Notes: generated from the letters alone by a model not told the origin. Shown: positions 10,612-23,336, counted from the stretch's first letter. The stretch: DNA of 64,000 nucleotides from Octopus vulgaris (GCA_951406725.2 OX597820.1:109802001-109866000), one strand, 5' to 3'. Numbers and translations: made by a program.

Positions 10612-13600
10612 TTAAATTCGAAGGATTCATTTGTATAGTTTTCTTTTTATCCAAAACCACAAAGAGGATAAGTAGATAGACAAAGAACATGTTTTATCAA
10701 CAACATCACAGTTGTAACTGAGATTTTTCAAAAGAAGACATTGCTTATTATTGATTATATTTCTTAATCAGATTTACTAGTGGTGGTGGTAGTTTTAATT
10801 TATAGACTAGTTTATCAAGTCTAATAGAAACTAGAATCTATCCTTTATGGATAGGGTAAAAAAAGACCGGTTTAAGTGGCAGAGTCATAAATCAAGATTT
10901 CTTGAAGTAAAAACCATTTGGTTCAGTAAGAATATACTTCAGCTAAGTTAGCAGGCTAATGCTAGTGGGTTAGGGAGAGTAAAACATATAGCATTAACTA
11001 TTTACCAAATATACACAGATATATTTTAGAGTTGTTTCAAAAGGCAATAAGAAGAATATTTCTGATTACTTTCAGTATTATCAAAAGATTTTACACTATA
11101 GAGGGACAGAGAATATAGAAATAATTCCATATTTTATATTTCTATACCAACTTACATATATTTATAGTTAATTATTAACTGGTAATTATTGGTATAAAGG
11201 AAAGTTAAGTTAAAGGAATGTGTTAAAAAACTTATATAATATATTAACAATTTTAGTTTGAGCATATTTCTTATATTATAAAATAAATAGTGAATATATT
11301 AGTATAGTTTTATATAAGTTGAGTATGAAATTTATAGAGGTATATTTTAAATAAAATGATATAGTGAATAAATAGATAAGAAATTGGTTTGAAAGTAAAA
11401 TAAAGAAATAAAAATGAATATACTAAAAAAATATAAATCTTTGTAGAATTGTTATAGACAAGGAGTAAAAGGATTTGTGTTCCAAAACCTTATTATAAGT
11501 TATACTTAGCTTACTTATATTTATAGGTAAGGTAATTTGTTAGAAGAAATGTTATAATCTTATAATTTTTAGACTAAAAATTACATTTACTTGTCATGAG
11601 AATACCTATAAAGAAATAATTAAGTTATAATTAAGTTTCTATAAGGAAATAATTAAGTTGTTGGACAAAAATTATATTAACAAAACTTTATATAAAATTA
11701 TGTGTTTTATTATAGATTTATGATATTATTAATCCTTACATGATAATTTATAATTTATAACTGATATTTATAAAATGTTATTTTTATAAAACTTCTTTAT
11801 ACATACTAAGATCACCGGGGTAGAGCTATTTGAGAGAAAGAGAAATCAAGTAATTTTTTAAAAAAAACCCTTTTAAACAATATTATCTATTTGTATAAGG
11901 TTATAAAATATTAATTAGGGTAATTTAGAAGATTTTAGAATGAGATTTCCAGTAAACAGGGTACTAATTGACATGCATATCAAATTTATTTAACTACAAT
12001 GGAAGGAAGGTAAACAAAAAGGCAAATAGAAAATGAAAATATAGAGATATAGAATTATTTTATGGGAAATCTTATAATGTATATTAAGAGTAAAGTATGG
12101 CTATATGGGGTATAATAATTTAGGCTTATATAAAGGTATTATTAGAATATCGAAAAAGATTAGGTAGAGTAGAATCATCATAGAAATAGATGTGAAAATT
12201 ACTAAATCCTTAAAATTATTGTAGTGTAAATATACAACCTATTAACTTCATTAGAAATATAGAATTTATGTAATAATTTTAGAAATTTAAAAATTATTTT
12301 ATTCAATTTTATTCAATTTGTCTATGTTATTAAATTTCTTAATACCTAGTGCTGATTAAACAATTAATATTGTAGGGTATGCTATTTCTTCATTGATTTA
12401 TAAAAGTTAATAGGTAAAAATTAAGATTTAAAAATTCAGGAATAACAGAATGCTATTTTCTAAAATATTTAAAGGTATGGGTAGTACAATGTATACACGA
12501 TACTCCTAGTTCTAAATGGTTATTTAACAGGTTTACATTATCCTTATGTTTAAAAATTTCATATATTTCCATGGAGCAGAGTTCACACCCATATCTACTA
12601 TTTTTATAAGGTTGCGCTTTCCTTACTATGTCCCATTTAAGGCTAAATCTAATTCTATTTTCTTTTAGCTCCCAAATTTTATTGGATAATGTTGTGCAAT
12701 GATCTGTGATTATATATACATTTCTTCAGATTTACAGTACAACCAAAATAAATAAACTTATTAGTTGAAGTCATTACTGTACATTTGTATACTACGTTTT
12801 AGGCTAGACACCGACCAGATACCGGATAGTGGGACTTGATTCTACAATTACAACTAGGAGAATAATTATTGATATTAGTATTATTTAGAAACAAGTTATT
12901 GTTATTATTGTTATTTAAACTATTATTGACATTAATAGTATCATCGTTATCTATAATTACATTATCAGGTAAGTTATGGTTTTGACTATTAGTTTCTAAT
13001 TCTTCCTCAACCATCTTATCATATAAATTTGTCTCATCTCCATCAGGTATACACATAGTTTCCATGTACGCATATGTACTGGAACTATATTCCATAACAC
13101 TACTATTAGTGGACCTAATGTCATTTATATCATACACCATATCATTTTCAATATTATTTTCATTAGAGGTGTTTAAGTCTTGGTTAGTAGGAATGTTATT
13201 ATTATTTTTATTCATATAATTATTATTTTTATTATTGTCATTTTCATTGTTATTATTATTGTGAGTACCATTTTTATTACTAATGTTATTATTGATATTA
13301 TTATAATTATTGTTTATATTATTATTATTATTATTATTATTATTGTTACTTTTAACATTTCTGCCTGGTCCAATATTCTTTCTATTTAATCTAGCTATGA
13401 TGGTACTTATATTGGGGAGAATGGGGAGAATATTCTGACTGTTTTATGCGGGAAGTTTGTTTCTAATATGGACATAAATTTACTATATATATTAGTTGAA
13501 AGGGACATTGAACCATATAATATTTTTACTTTTGAATTTCTTATTTAAGTAAGGGTGGGATAAATTTGTACTATCTATACTCCTCAGAATTTTGCTATTA

Positions 13601-14069
13601 TTGCTAGTCTTATTTATATATATTTATATATATATATATATATATTAGTTTTTTTTATCTGGAGGAGTAACTATTATTTTTTCATTCACAGTTATTTTAT
13701 TTAACTTAAGTTTTTTATACCTATTTGTGTCTCACCTACTACTTTCGGAGTGTACTCTACTATTAATGTTAGGTTTATAGGATAGGTAATCAGTTTGAGT
13801 TGTTTCATAGTTTTGTAAATTTGAAGACTTTATATTATTTAAGCTATTCTTATTTATTTCTTTATTTGAAAGTGTTAAACTCTCAGGAAAGTAATTTATT
13901 GGTCATATCCTGCTCTAGACAAGGCAACATTATAGTGGTATGAATGGGAATTAAAAATCTCAGTTACAACTGTGATGTTGTTGATAAAACATGTTCTTTG
14001 TCTATCTACTTATCCTCTTTGTGGTTTTGGATAAAAAGAAAATTATACAAATGAATCCTTCGAATTTAA
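10612..14069. repeat. ~120-bp near-identical inverted repeats (10612-10728 / 13955-14069) bracketing a PLE fragment
   Basis: ttaaattcgaaggattcatttgtata...cagttgtaactgagattttt and its reverse complement. Confidence 0.85.
12455..13900 (-). mobile_element. Neptune-type PLE 3' fragment: Asn-rich linker + GIY-YIG endonuclease, degenerate
   Basis: YSPSCNCRIKSHYPVSGRCLA*NVVYKC...IYFGC...LSNKIWELKE...WDIVRKAQPYKN...CELCSME; homologous to ORF 47184..47765. Confidence 0.85.
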
Positions 14070-14088
14070 CTCAATTATATAGTTATAA

Positions 14089-14173
14089 GCAGCTGAAGAT
14101 TGCTCTACATTTTAAATTGATGTCATGTTTGCATTGTTCAATTAAATGGAGTCGCATGAAACGATCATACTGC
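14089..14173 (+). ncRNA. Hammerhead ribozyme in an inverted pLTR (14070-14310) of the Neptune-type family
   Basis: gcag-CTGAAGA-t-tgc..[long hairpin]..gca-t-GAAA-cgatca-TA-ctgc. Downstream 14190-14310 is homologous to the reverse complement of 50880-51000. Confidence 0.8.
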
Positions 14174-14332
14174 ATTACCTCTGGATATCCTTGTTGCTTA
14201 TCTTGATTATAATCACCCCATTTTGAATTATATGGATAATACCATACTAAATTCCGGTGCCTTTAACTTAAGTACCAAATTCATCTGAATCTAAATTTTA
14301 ATGAACTTACATATATATATGTATATATATAT

Positions 14333-14538
14333 ATTAATAGTTATCGCCATACTAATATGGCATTCTTATAAAAATAAGAAAAAAGCTGTCCGCTTATTAG
14401 CTCCATGAGGCCATCGCCTTAAGTTAGCTATTCGATACACAAACTGTATCCATATAACCTTCGAACAAGGAGCTAATAAGCGGACAGCTTTTTTCTTATT
14501 TTTATAAGAATGCCATAACTATGGCAATAACTATTAAT
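14333..14538. repeat. Palindromic element with ~70-bp arms in (TA)n
   Basis: atggcattcttataaaaataagaaaaaagctgtccgcttattagctcc is matched by an exact reverse complement at 14469-14516. Confidence 0.85.
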
Positions 14539-14594
14539 TTCCAGGAACGCTGCCGTAATCTCTTTTAGAGAGACTTAGTAATTTTAATATTTCT

Positions 14595-14642
<48 letters not shown>

Positions 14643-14766
14643 TAAAAGGAATTCCAACCTTGTCTGATTTTCACGTTTTATTTACAATCTTATAATGATA
14701 TATTATAAGATAATATATTATAATAGAATAAAATAAAATAGTAGAATGTTAAATGTTCATTCTGAT

Positions 14767-14811
14767 TGAACTAGTACTTTCATGCATTAAATTCTGCAAT
14801 CTTCGGGTTCA
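14767..14811 (-). ncRNA. Minimal hammerhead motif (U4C core) in the 3' pLTR of the Penelope ORF
   Basis: Minus strand: tgaac-CCGAAGA-ttgc(agaatttaat)gcat-GAAA-gtac-TA-gttca. Confidence 0.7.
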
Positions 14812-15305
14812 TGTAGTAGTGGTGACAGTCATGCTTCACAATTTTTGACTGTAGCAAGATGATTGATTCTGTGCTATAAATACAGCTGGGTAGGCTCCAG
14901 AGTGCTAGGTTTTGCAAACTGTATTCTGACCAATCAGTGTGTAGTATCACTCAATTACTTAAGCTGATTGGTTGGTTGAGCTGATTGGTTTAGGCGTCAC
15001 GCTTTGTTGGACATGTCAAGAGTCCTGTATCTTGACCCTGGCCAAAGCAGCAATTGTTGGGTTATTTTTAGAAATGTTGTAAATAGCCTTTGTCAGAGAT
15101 TTTTATATTTTTATATTTCAATTGTCATCATCATCATTGTCAGCACCTTAATTATTGTTGCTAGTGGTGATGGTGGTGGCAATAGAACTTTTAACCCTAA
15201 ATAAGATAATTTTCCTGCTATCTTCATCTTGATCACCTTTAGTATTGTTGTTGTTGTTAGTGGTCATGGTCCTAGCAGTAGAAGTAGTACCTCTAAGTAT
15301 TATTA

Positions 15306-17042
15306 TTATTGCTTATTTAGCTTGGGTTCGAATTTATCAATAAAATTCTTTTCTCTGATTTTCCTCTCGATTTCACTTGGGCTGTGTAATTTGTAGAATG
15401 GAAATATATACATTTTCCGGCCACATGTTGCCAGGTGGTTACTCAAAGGTATCTGACGGACCTCTGGGTCTCTAATCTGTTGCCGGTGTACATGTGAGCG
15501 TTCTGATAGTGCGTTTCCCGTCTGACCTACATATATTTCTTCACAATTTGGGCATTTGATGCAGTAAATTAAATTTCTGCTTTTGCAGTTCATATTCGCG
15601 TTTGTGAATATTTTCCCGGTTTTTGTGTTTATATATTGGCCGGTATGTATGAATTGGCATGTGCCACATCGGCTATCATTGCATTTAGATACAGTGAATG
15701 TTTGGTCTTTGTTGCTAAGATCAAATTTTGCCTTTGTTAGTAATTTTTTCAAGTTTTTAGGCTGTCTTTTACTAAGCACCATAGCTCGATCCGTGATTAT
15801 GTCTTTTAATTCATTACTTTGGGCAATGATTGGTAGGTTTGCTTTGGCAATGTTGAAGATATTCTGGTGACATGCGTTGTGTGTCACTATGAATGGTATG
15901 ACTTGTTCTTGTTTTCCTCTTCCTTGGGTTGTCCTAAGTTGTTGTATGGGTATTTTTATAGCCTGCTGTATGCCATTTTCTATAAGTAGAGATGGGTATT
16001 TTTGTTTGAGCAAAAGTTCTCTTAGTTCTGTTAGGCGTTTGTTCCTGATATTTGCATCTTCTACAATGGTACAAATTCTTCTGGCTAGGCAGTATGGGAT
16101 GTTACGTTTTGTATGTGGTGGATGGCACGACTTAAAATTTAGGTATTGATGTGCGTCTGTGTGTTTATAGTATATATCTGTGGTGATGGTGGTGTCTTTT
16201 TTAATTACTATTATATTTAGGAATGGTAATTTGGTACTACTCATCTCCTTTGTAAATTGGAGAGATGGGTGTAGGTTGTTCAGGAGGATATTGAACTCTT
16301 CCAGAGTATTTAGAGATTCTGTCCAGATTATGAAGCAGTCGTCTAGATATCTCTTCCATGCCTTTTCAATATACTTTCTAAATCCAGTGCCATAGTTTAC
16401 CTCCACCTCTTGGTAGAGTTGTTGTTCTAAGTATCCCATTACAGAGTTGGCGTAAATGGGAGCAAACCTCGTTTCCATCGCCGTGCCTCTAATTTGGATG
16501 TAATTCTTTCCATTGAAGAAGAATGTGTTGTTTTCTAGAATAAGTTTGACTGTGTCTAATATAAATGGCACTGTGAATCTGCTGGGAATCACTTCTCTAT
16601 GTTTTTCTAACCAGTATTTAATCACCTTTATTCCTAAATCGTGTGGAATATTGGTGTAGAGGCTTACCACATCAAAACTTAGTAAAACTGAATTTGTTTC
16701 TGTTGTTTTGGGAAGATGGGACAGGAAGTCGATGTCATCCCTGATGAAACTGGGTATGTAAGTACATAGTGGTTTCAAAACAATGTCAATAAAATTGCTT
16801 AGACGGTGGGTAGGGCATGCTGGACCAGCTATAATAGGTCTAAGTTTTAGGTCTTTTGGATGTAATAATTTTATGTACTCACTTTCTTGTTCTTTTACTG
16901 CCTGTTGAATATCTTTTGATTTGTGTATTTTTGGTAAGCCGTAGAAGTTGCTGGGTTTTGGTTGGAAATTGGTGATGTAGTCTCTTTCATTATCCGTAAG
17001 TGAGTTGTAGTGTGTTGAGATCAGGTTGTTGATCTTTTTCAT
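15306..17042 (-). CDS. Penelope/Poseidon-type PLE ORF (RT + GIY-YIG endonuclease), 5'-truncated
   Basis: FYGLPKIHK, LRPIIAG, SFDVVSLYTNIP, QIRGTAM, WKRYLDDCF, DIYYKHT; C-terminal CNDSRCGTC and NLIYCIKCPNCEEIYVGQTG. Element spans ~14640-17100. Confidence 0.95.
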   Translation of the reverse strand: MKKINNLISTHYNSLTDNERDYITNFQPKPSNFYGLPKIHKSKDIQQAVKEQESEYIKLLHPKDLKLRPIIAGPACPTHRLSNFIDIVLKPLCTYIPSFIRDDIDFLSHLPKTTETNSVLLSFDVVSLYTNIPHDLGIKVIKYWLEKHREVIPSRFTVPFILDTVKLILENNTFFFNGKNYIQIRGTAMETRFAPIYANSVMGYLEQQLYQEVEVNYGTGFRKYIEKAWKRYLDDCFIIWTESLNTLEEFNILLNNLHPSLQFTKEMSSTKLPFLNIIVIKKDTTITTDIYYKHTDAHQYLNFKSCHPPHTKRNIPYCLARRICTIVEDANIRNKRLTELRELLLKQKYPSLLIENGIQQAIKIPIQQLRTTQGRGKQEQVIPFIVTHNACHQNIFNIAKANLPIIAQSNELKDIITDRAMVLSKRQPKNLKKLLTKAKFDLSNKDQTFTVSKCNDSRCGTCQFIHTGQYINTKTGKIFTNANMNCKSRNLIYCIKCPNCEEIYVGQTGNALSERSHVHRQQIRDPEVRQIPLSNHLATCGRKMYIFPFYKLHSPSEIERKIREKNFIDKFEPKLNKQ

Positions 17043-17119
17043 GATGTGGTGGTCTACAACTCACTTACGGATAATGAAAGAGACTACATCACTAATTTCA
17101 AATATATATATATCCTTTC

Positions 17120-17310
17120 TCTTTTTTTCTTTTACATGTTTCAGTCATTTAACTGCAGTCATGCTGGGGCACCACCTAGAAGGACTTCAGTTGAACAAAC
17201 CGATCCTAGGAGTCATTTTTTGAAGCCCAGTATTTATTATATCAGTCTCTTTTGTTGATCAATAAGTTACGGGAGGTAAACACCCCCCCACTGGTTGTGA
17301 GAAATAGACA
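17120..17310 (-). mobile_element. SINE, 3' half
   Basis: Same family as 853-1055. Confidence 0.7.
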
Positions 17311-17658
17311 CATGCATATATATATACATATATATATATATAAATATATATATATAAAATATAATTAAGATTCAGTTGAATTAAGTACTTAAATTGAGAC
17401 ACCTTGCTAGTTCAGTATAACCTGCATGCCCCAACATTATTATTTGAACATTGAATATTAAGACTCCGTGTAGGGGTATTTGTACCCAATATTCCTGTTG
17501 TGTGTGTAGACAACGCAACTCAGCTAAGTAAAGACATCCGCTCTTGGTAATTCAGACATGTATTTTTATAAAGTTATTTTCTATAGTATTTCTGAAGTGC
17601 AAATTCCAAGTTAGGTGAACAGAATATAAATAAGTAACAAAGATGTACAGGTGTTAAT

Positions 17659-17736
17659 TCATTACGGATGTTTCAAGCGTTAATTGATTAATGAAAACAT
17701 TACATCAATTTGAAAGAAACCATTCTTGTCAGATGA
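17659..17736 (-). ncRNA. Degenerate hammerhead motif with long stem II
   Basis: Minus strand: tcat-CTGACAA-[hairpin aattgat/atcaatt]-GAAA-catccg-TA-atga; position 8 is A instead of G. Confidence 0.5.
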
Positions 17737-18933
17737 TAGAATAGACATCAAACTCCATGTCCCCCTACATGGCCTTGCTATTTGCTTTTGAGCCAAATTA
17801 ACTAACTAATAAAAGATAAACCGTTTTTTAAACAAATTTACATCAATAATGGAAACCAAAATATTTACATTGTTTCCTTTTTTTATATCTGTGGCAGAAT
17901 GAGTTTAGAAAATAATGCATACCTTGTTATGCCAACTATAATTTAGAGAGTAGCAGAGGAAATAGAGGAGGTCAAGATAAAAGGAGTGGTGACATAGTTA
18001 CTTATATTTAGAAGACTTAATGTAGTATGTAGTCTTCAACCATTCACAGTTAAATCCATTGAGAGTTGTCAACTGTATTTAGTTAATGGTGATAAATCAA
18101 TTAATGTCAGATAATCTACTAGATAACCCCCCCCCCACTGGAACCATATATCTAGCTTTATCTATGTAAAGGGAGTAGGTTGCAAGGTTGGTAGTAAGAG
18201 AATGTCTAATGGGTTGTAACTGGAAGAAAGAAGGATAGGGGTGGCCAATACTTATTTAGATTATCAAATAAAGGGATTGTAATGAAAAACCAAAAGAGAT
18301 AAATAATATAAACTTTTAGGGCTAGAAATTAGAATTGAAGGATATGGGAGGTAGAAATCTTTAACTTAGCAAATTTATTATATTAAATTGAGAAAATTTA
18401 AATCAATATATAGAATAAGGATAGAAATTAAACTTAAATCTAATAATGGGTGGGATACCTTAATATATAAGAAAAACTATTAAGAATATTCTAAGCATAT
18501 TGTTTAGAAGGTCATGATAAAGGACATTCTAAAATGAATGTATAATGGAATTAGATTATCATATGGGTAGAAGTACATAGTTTATCTTAAAGCAATAAAA
18601 AGAACTATTCTTTTCATTACGGGGTGGATAAGTATAAGATATGGTATCAAATATAAGCGGTAATTGAATTAGAGGTATATTAAATGTATAAGGGGATACA
18701 TTCAGAAGCAATACCTAAACCAATTTGGGTATGTAAACATTTAAAGAATAATGCATGATTAAAAAATATACTAAAATAAAGATCCCCATATCCAATAAAT
18801 TATATAAAAATATCTTATAAAAAAATTATTTATAAATTACAAACACTAGGAAAGTATATGAAAGGATATAAAAATGTATAAAAATATCAAATATAGATAT
18901 AAACAATAGATATAAAATATTTATAAAGTATAA

Positions 18934-19200
18934 TGGTCCTCATGCTGTATAGAAATATTTTATAAAATTCTTATAAAACTTTTATAATTTTTATTTTTTG
19001 TATTTTATATTATAAAATTTAGGTATTTAGAAATATTTTATAAAATTCTTATAAAACTTTTATAATTTTTATTTTTTGTATTTTATATTATAAAATTTAG
19101 GTATTTAATACCTAAATTTTATAATATAAAATACAAAAAATAAAAATTATAAAAGTTTTATAAGAATTTTATAAAATATTTCTATACAGCATGAGGACCA
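18934..19200. repeat. AT-rich tandem duplication plus fold-back
   Basis: An ~80-bp unit occurs twice and then reverse-complemented; outer ends tggtcctcatgctgtataga / tctatacagcatgaggacca. Confidence 0.85.
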
Positions 19201-20550
19201 GGGGCATGAGGTGTTCCAAAATGTAAGACAGTGTATCAGAGAAAATTGAGAGATTGTGAAAGAGAAGTGTGTTTGGATAGATGATGGTACACTTCATTTA
19301 GTGACTGCAAAGAAAGTGGTATAAAATTTTCACTATGAAAGGCTGCTAAATGTAGAGAATGCTGAGAGAAGGAAAGTCTTCCCAATGTGGACCCATCAGA
19401 GAGGTGAGCTATTCTAGTTGACAACAGTATGATAAATAAAGCAATTAAAGATATGAAGACTATGAAAGCCTCTGGCTCATGAGAAGTTGCCATGAGAGAT
19501 GTTTAAATATCTGATGAAGTATGGTATGGACTAGTCATCTGTATAGTTAATTAGCCTGTCCAGGAAGGAGCCATACTCAATGATTGATGTAGCAAAATTA
19601 TAGTCTGCAACAAAGGGAAAAGTGATGCTAAAGTAATTACAAAGGTATCAATTTACTGGACTAGGTTATGAAAGTTACAGAAAGAGTCATAGCTCAACTA
19701 ATTAGGAACAAAGTTAACCTAGATGAAATGCAGTTTAGTTTTGTGCCAAGGGAAAGCACCACTGATGTTATCTTCTTAGCAAGGCAGCAGCAGGAGAAGC
19801 ATTTAGCAGAAAATATATAGGCATGCTTGGCATTTGTCGGTAAGAAAGCTTTTGTGCAGTATCTTTACTCCCACATTTGGTGGTCGATGCAGAAGCTAGG
19901 CTACATGAATAGTTGGTGAGAGCCATCTAAGTCATATACAGGGATGTTGTCAGTGAGGTGAATGCTGGCAACAAGTGCAGCAACAAATTTAGTGTACAAG
20001 TCTCGTTTATTATAGTTCTCCAGGCCATAACAGAGGAATTTAAGACTGGTTTCTCTTGCAAACTCCATTATGCTGATTATCTTGTTCTTATAGCTGAGTG
20101 GAAGCAAGGCCTGGAATCAAAGGAGCTTAGAGTTAACTTAGCAAAGACAAAAGTACTAGTAAACAAGAAAGCAGACAAATTATTAATCCCTTCAGAGAGA
20201 TGGCCCTGCTTGCTATGTAGAAAAGGTATGGGTAAAAATTCCATATGGTGTACCCAGTACAAGCTATGGACACATAAGAAGTACAGTGGAATCACAGGGA
20301 GGTTTACAGAGAAAGTAGTCTGTGTGTGGCAGATATGCAGTAAACACTAAGACTGAACAGGAAATAGACTTTCTCATGTATTCATCCTTAGAGGTAGTCG
20401 ATAGTTTCCATTACCAAGGTTACCAAGTTAGCAGTAGAGAAGGTTTCTCTGAAAGCATAGTTACCAGAATGAGAACTGGATGGGAAGAGAGAAGGCTTGA
20501 AAGAAATGAAACCAGTGTGCTCTGCTGGAATTGCAATATCAGTTGAAGAT
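19200..20550 (+). mobile_element. Highly degenerate copy of the RTE-like PHD-containing LINE
   Basis: ORF 19958..20350 (FIIVLQAITEEFKTG, LHYADYL, WPCLLCRKGMGKNSIWCTQYKLWTHK) is homologous to 4010..5668. Confidence 0.85.
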
Positions 20551-20937
20551 CTGGTCAAAAAAATTACTTGGTAACTTCAATGTTGCTGGTGCCACTTAAA
20601 AAGCACCCAGTACATTCTGTATTGTAGTTGGCATTAAGAAGGGCATCCAGCAGTAGGAAACCATGCTAAAGCAAACAGCAGGGCTTGGAGCAATCTTCTG
20701 ACTTGCCAGTTCCTGTCGAACCATCCAACCCACACTAGCATGGAAAACAAACTTTAAATGATGATGAGCATACACACACATACATATACATGCACATATA
20801 TACACACTAATAAGGTTCTTTACCATCACTAGACATGCCTATATATGTGTGTGTCCTTTAATTTATAGTATTCACTCCTGTAAATATGTTTATACACATA
20901 TTTTAATGCATATATACACTTTCACGTACATGTATGT

Positions 20938-20974
<37 letters not shown>

Positions 20975-20977
<3 letters not shown>

Positions 20978-21547
20978 TTGCATATTTGCCATTTGAATAT
21001 GGCTAACCCATAAGGGTGGATGCTACTGTAGTTTGTAGCCCCAGGAAGATATCTCCACCAGCTGGCTATAGACACACTATCTGTGTCCTCTCAGTATTTG
21101 TGAAGGGGAGTCATCCTCCCCGTCTTCAACACATGATACACACGTACCCGAGTTTCAAGGTGTTTACCTTTCATCAGTATGTGACAATCATGGTTGTCGA
21201 TGAGAAGTCAGATCCCTTCACAAATACATATACTTTTTCCAGTGTCAATTTGACACTGATATTGAAAAAGTGAAATCAAACAATGATAAATCTCAGAGCG
21301 AGTTATAAACAGTTTTGCATATTTGCCATTTGAATATGGCTAACCCATAAGGGTGGATGCTACTGTAGTTTGTAGCCCCAGGAAGATATCTCCACCAGCT
21401 GGCTATAGCTATAGCCAGCTGGTGGAGATATCTTCCTGGGGTACAAACTACAGTAGCATCCACCCTTATGGGTTAGCCATATTCAAATGGCAAATATGCA
21501 ACACGATGTGTTATCGCTACTGTTTATAACTCGCTCTGAGATTTATC

Positions 21548-21550
<3 letters not shown>
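20975..21550. repeat. pLTR-like element: direct repeat, spacer-less palindrome and HHR
   Basis: The ~95-bp unit at 20977-21071 recurs at 21315-21408 and inverted at 21409-21503 (centre ggctatag|ctatagcc); 21282-21312 is inverted at 21520-21550; bounded by (TA)n. Confidence 0.85.
21139..21183 (-). ncRNA. Minimal type-I hammerhead ribozyme, canonical core
   Basis: Minus strand: cacata-CTGATGA-aaggt(aaac)acctt-GAAA-ctcggg-TA-cgtgtg. Confidence 0.75.
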
Positions 21551-21596
<46 letters not shown>

Positions 21597-22329
21597 GTAT
21601 ATATATATTTATATATATATATATATATATTTATGTAATAATAAATCTTATAGTATAGAGTGATTTTATTCTTTATTTGTGAATTCTTTCTATTTACACT
21701 TATTGATAAACCATTACTATTCCCATTCAAATCTTCATTGATAAAGCGTATTTGTTCCTCACGCTTAATGAATTCTTCAACAATTTATTCTTTTTTTGCT
21801 AATAACGTAATTCCACGAGTATTCTTATAAAGGCTGTAAAGACGTTTTCTGATTCAAAATTTTAGTTCATTACAAAACCTCGCTAAGATAAGTATTTATT
21901 TATATTTAAGATCTTTAAATTGTAAATTTTAATATTTTATAAGTCTTTGGTGTAATAATATTTTTCTTATGTAAATATCGTTGTTTATGTAATAATCTAA
22001 TTATCGTAATTTTCTATATTATTAGATATCAAATTTAAGTTTATTCATAAGATATTACTTAGCGATAGATATGTTGTTTGATAGCAAGTATACGAGTTGT
22101 CTAAAGTTAGGTTTATGTATATACATGTATCAATAGTATTAATTGTAGTTTTAAATTTCTTATAATTAAAATTAGATAAACTTAGATAAACTTAGATATG
22201 TTTCGACCAAAGATTGGTCCAGGCCATGTCTAACTTAATAGCATAACTTAGTTATTGTCTTTTTAAATTGATATTTGCTAGTTTATTCCCATTGATAAAT
22301 ATATTCATAGTATTTATAGTATTTATTCG

Positions 22330-23215
22330 ATACATAACCTCTCTCTCCTTTTCTCTGTCAGTCACTCACACATTCACTCCCTACAAAAAGTGAATAACAA
22401 AATTTCAGTTAACTCTCTCTTGGCCATACATAGATACATACATTATACATACATACATAACAACTTGCGTGCATGTGTGTGTGTGTCACTAAAGCCATTC
22501 ATACATAACCTCTTCTCTGTCAATCATTCATACATTCACTCACTACAAAAAGTGAATAAAAAATTTCAGATATCTTTCTCTCTCACACACACCAGCAATA
22601 TTACTCTCTCTGTCTCTTCACACACACTAACAAAAGCAATTCACATACACACCACACATTCTGTCTCACACACACACTCTCTCTTTCTCTCTATCACACA
22701 CACACACACACACATCAATTCTTCCACTTCACGCCAACTTCAAAAGAACTTCACTCAAAAAGTCATGCTCTCTCAGTCTCTTTTGCTTTCATGCCAACTT
22801 CAAAAGATCCCCTTTGCCCCCAACCCCATATTAAAAAAATTAAATTTTTTTATGGAAACCGACGGATCATCTTCAAAAATGTAAATAAACACACGTGGTT
22901 TATAAGTGGTTTGTAAGTGACAGTCGTGTGTTCCCATATCAAAAGATCACCCAATGTTTTAATGATTAGACAGAGGTCCAATAGAATAGCTCTCAGAAAC
23001 AGATAAGTACAAATTTGTTCTTCACAACTCCTGAAGCTGTTTTCTGACAAGTGTGGCGGGGGAATCAGGAAATTTTCATACAGCTGGAGGCTTCAATCAA
23101 AACAGGGGACCTTAAATGATAAGTTCGAGAAACACTGTTGTAGATTATGCCTAACCGAAAACGATCACAGCCACATCATCCAAACAGACTGGGCGAAACC
23201 GGGCTTAGCTGCTAG
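22330..23215 (+). mobile_element. Non-autonomous Helitron-like element (3' end evident)
   Basis: Ends ctgggcgaaaccggg-cttagctg-CTAG|t (hairpin plus CTAG before T); internal CA/CT-rich repeats. 5' boundary uncertain. Confidence 0.55.
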
Positions 23216-23301
23216 TATATATATATATATATGTTTGAATGTATATCAACATACATATATAAATATGAGATGCTTATGCTACATTATATTTATTTCTTCA
23301 G

Positions 23302-23336
23302 GCACTACTTGGGAACCAGATTCAATGAAATGGAAG
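23302..23336 (+). CDS. Candidate host-gene exon (35 nt; ..TTWEPDSMKWK)
   Basis: Acceptor ttatatttatttcttcag, donor AAG|gtaagt; the phase-0 end fits the next candidate exon. Confidence 0.5.

Noticed and set aside
22190-22235. HHR-like gaccaa/ttggtc-GAAA-catatc-TA on the minus strand
   Set aside because: No CUGANGA-type core upstream of the stem.
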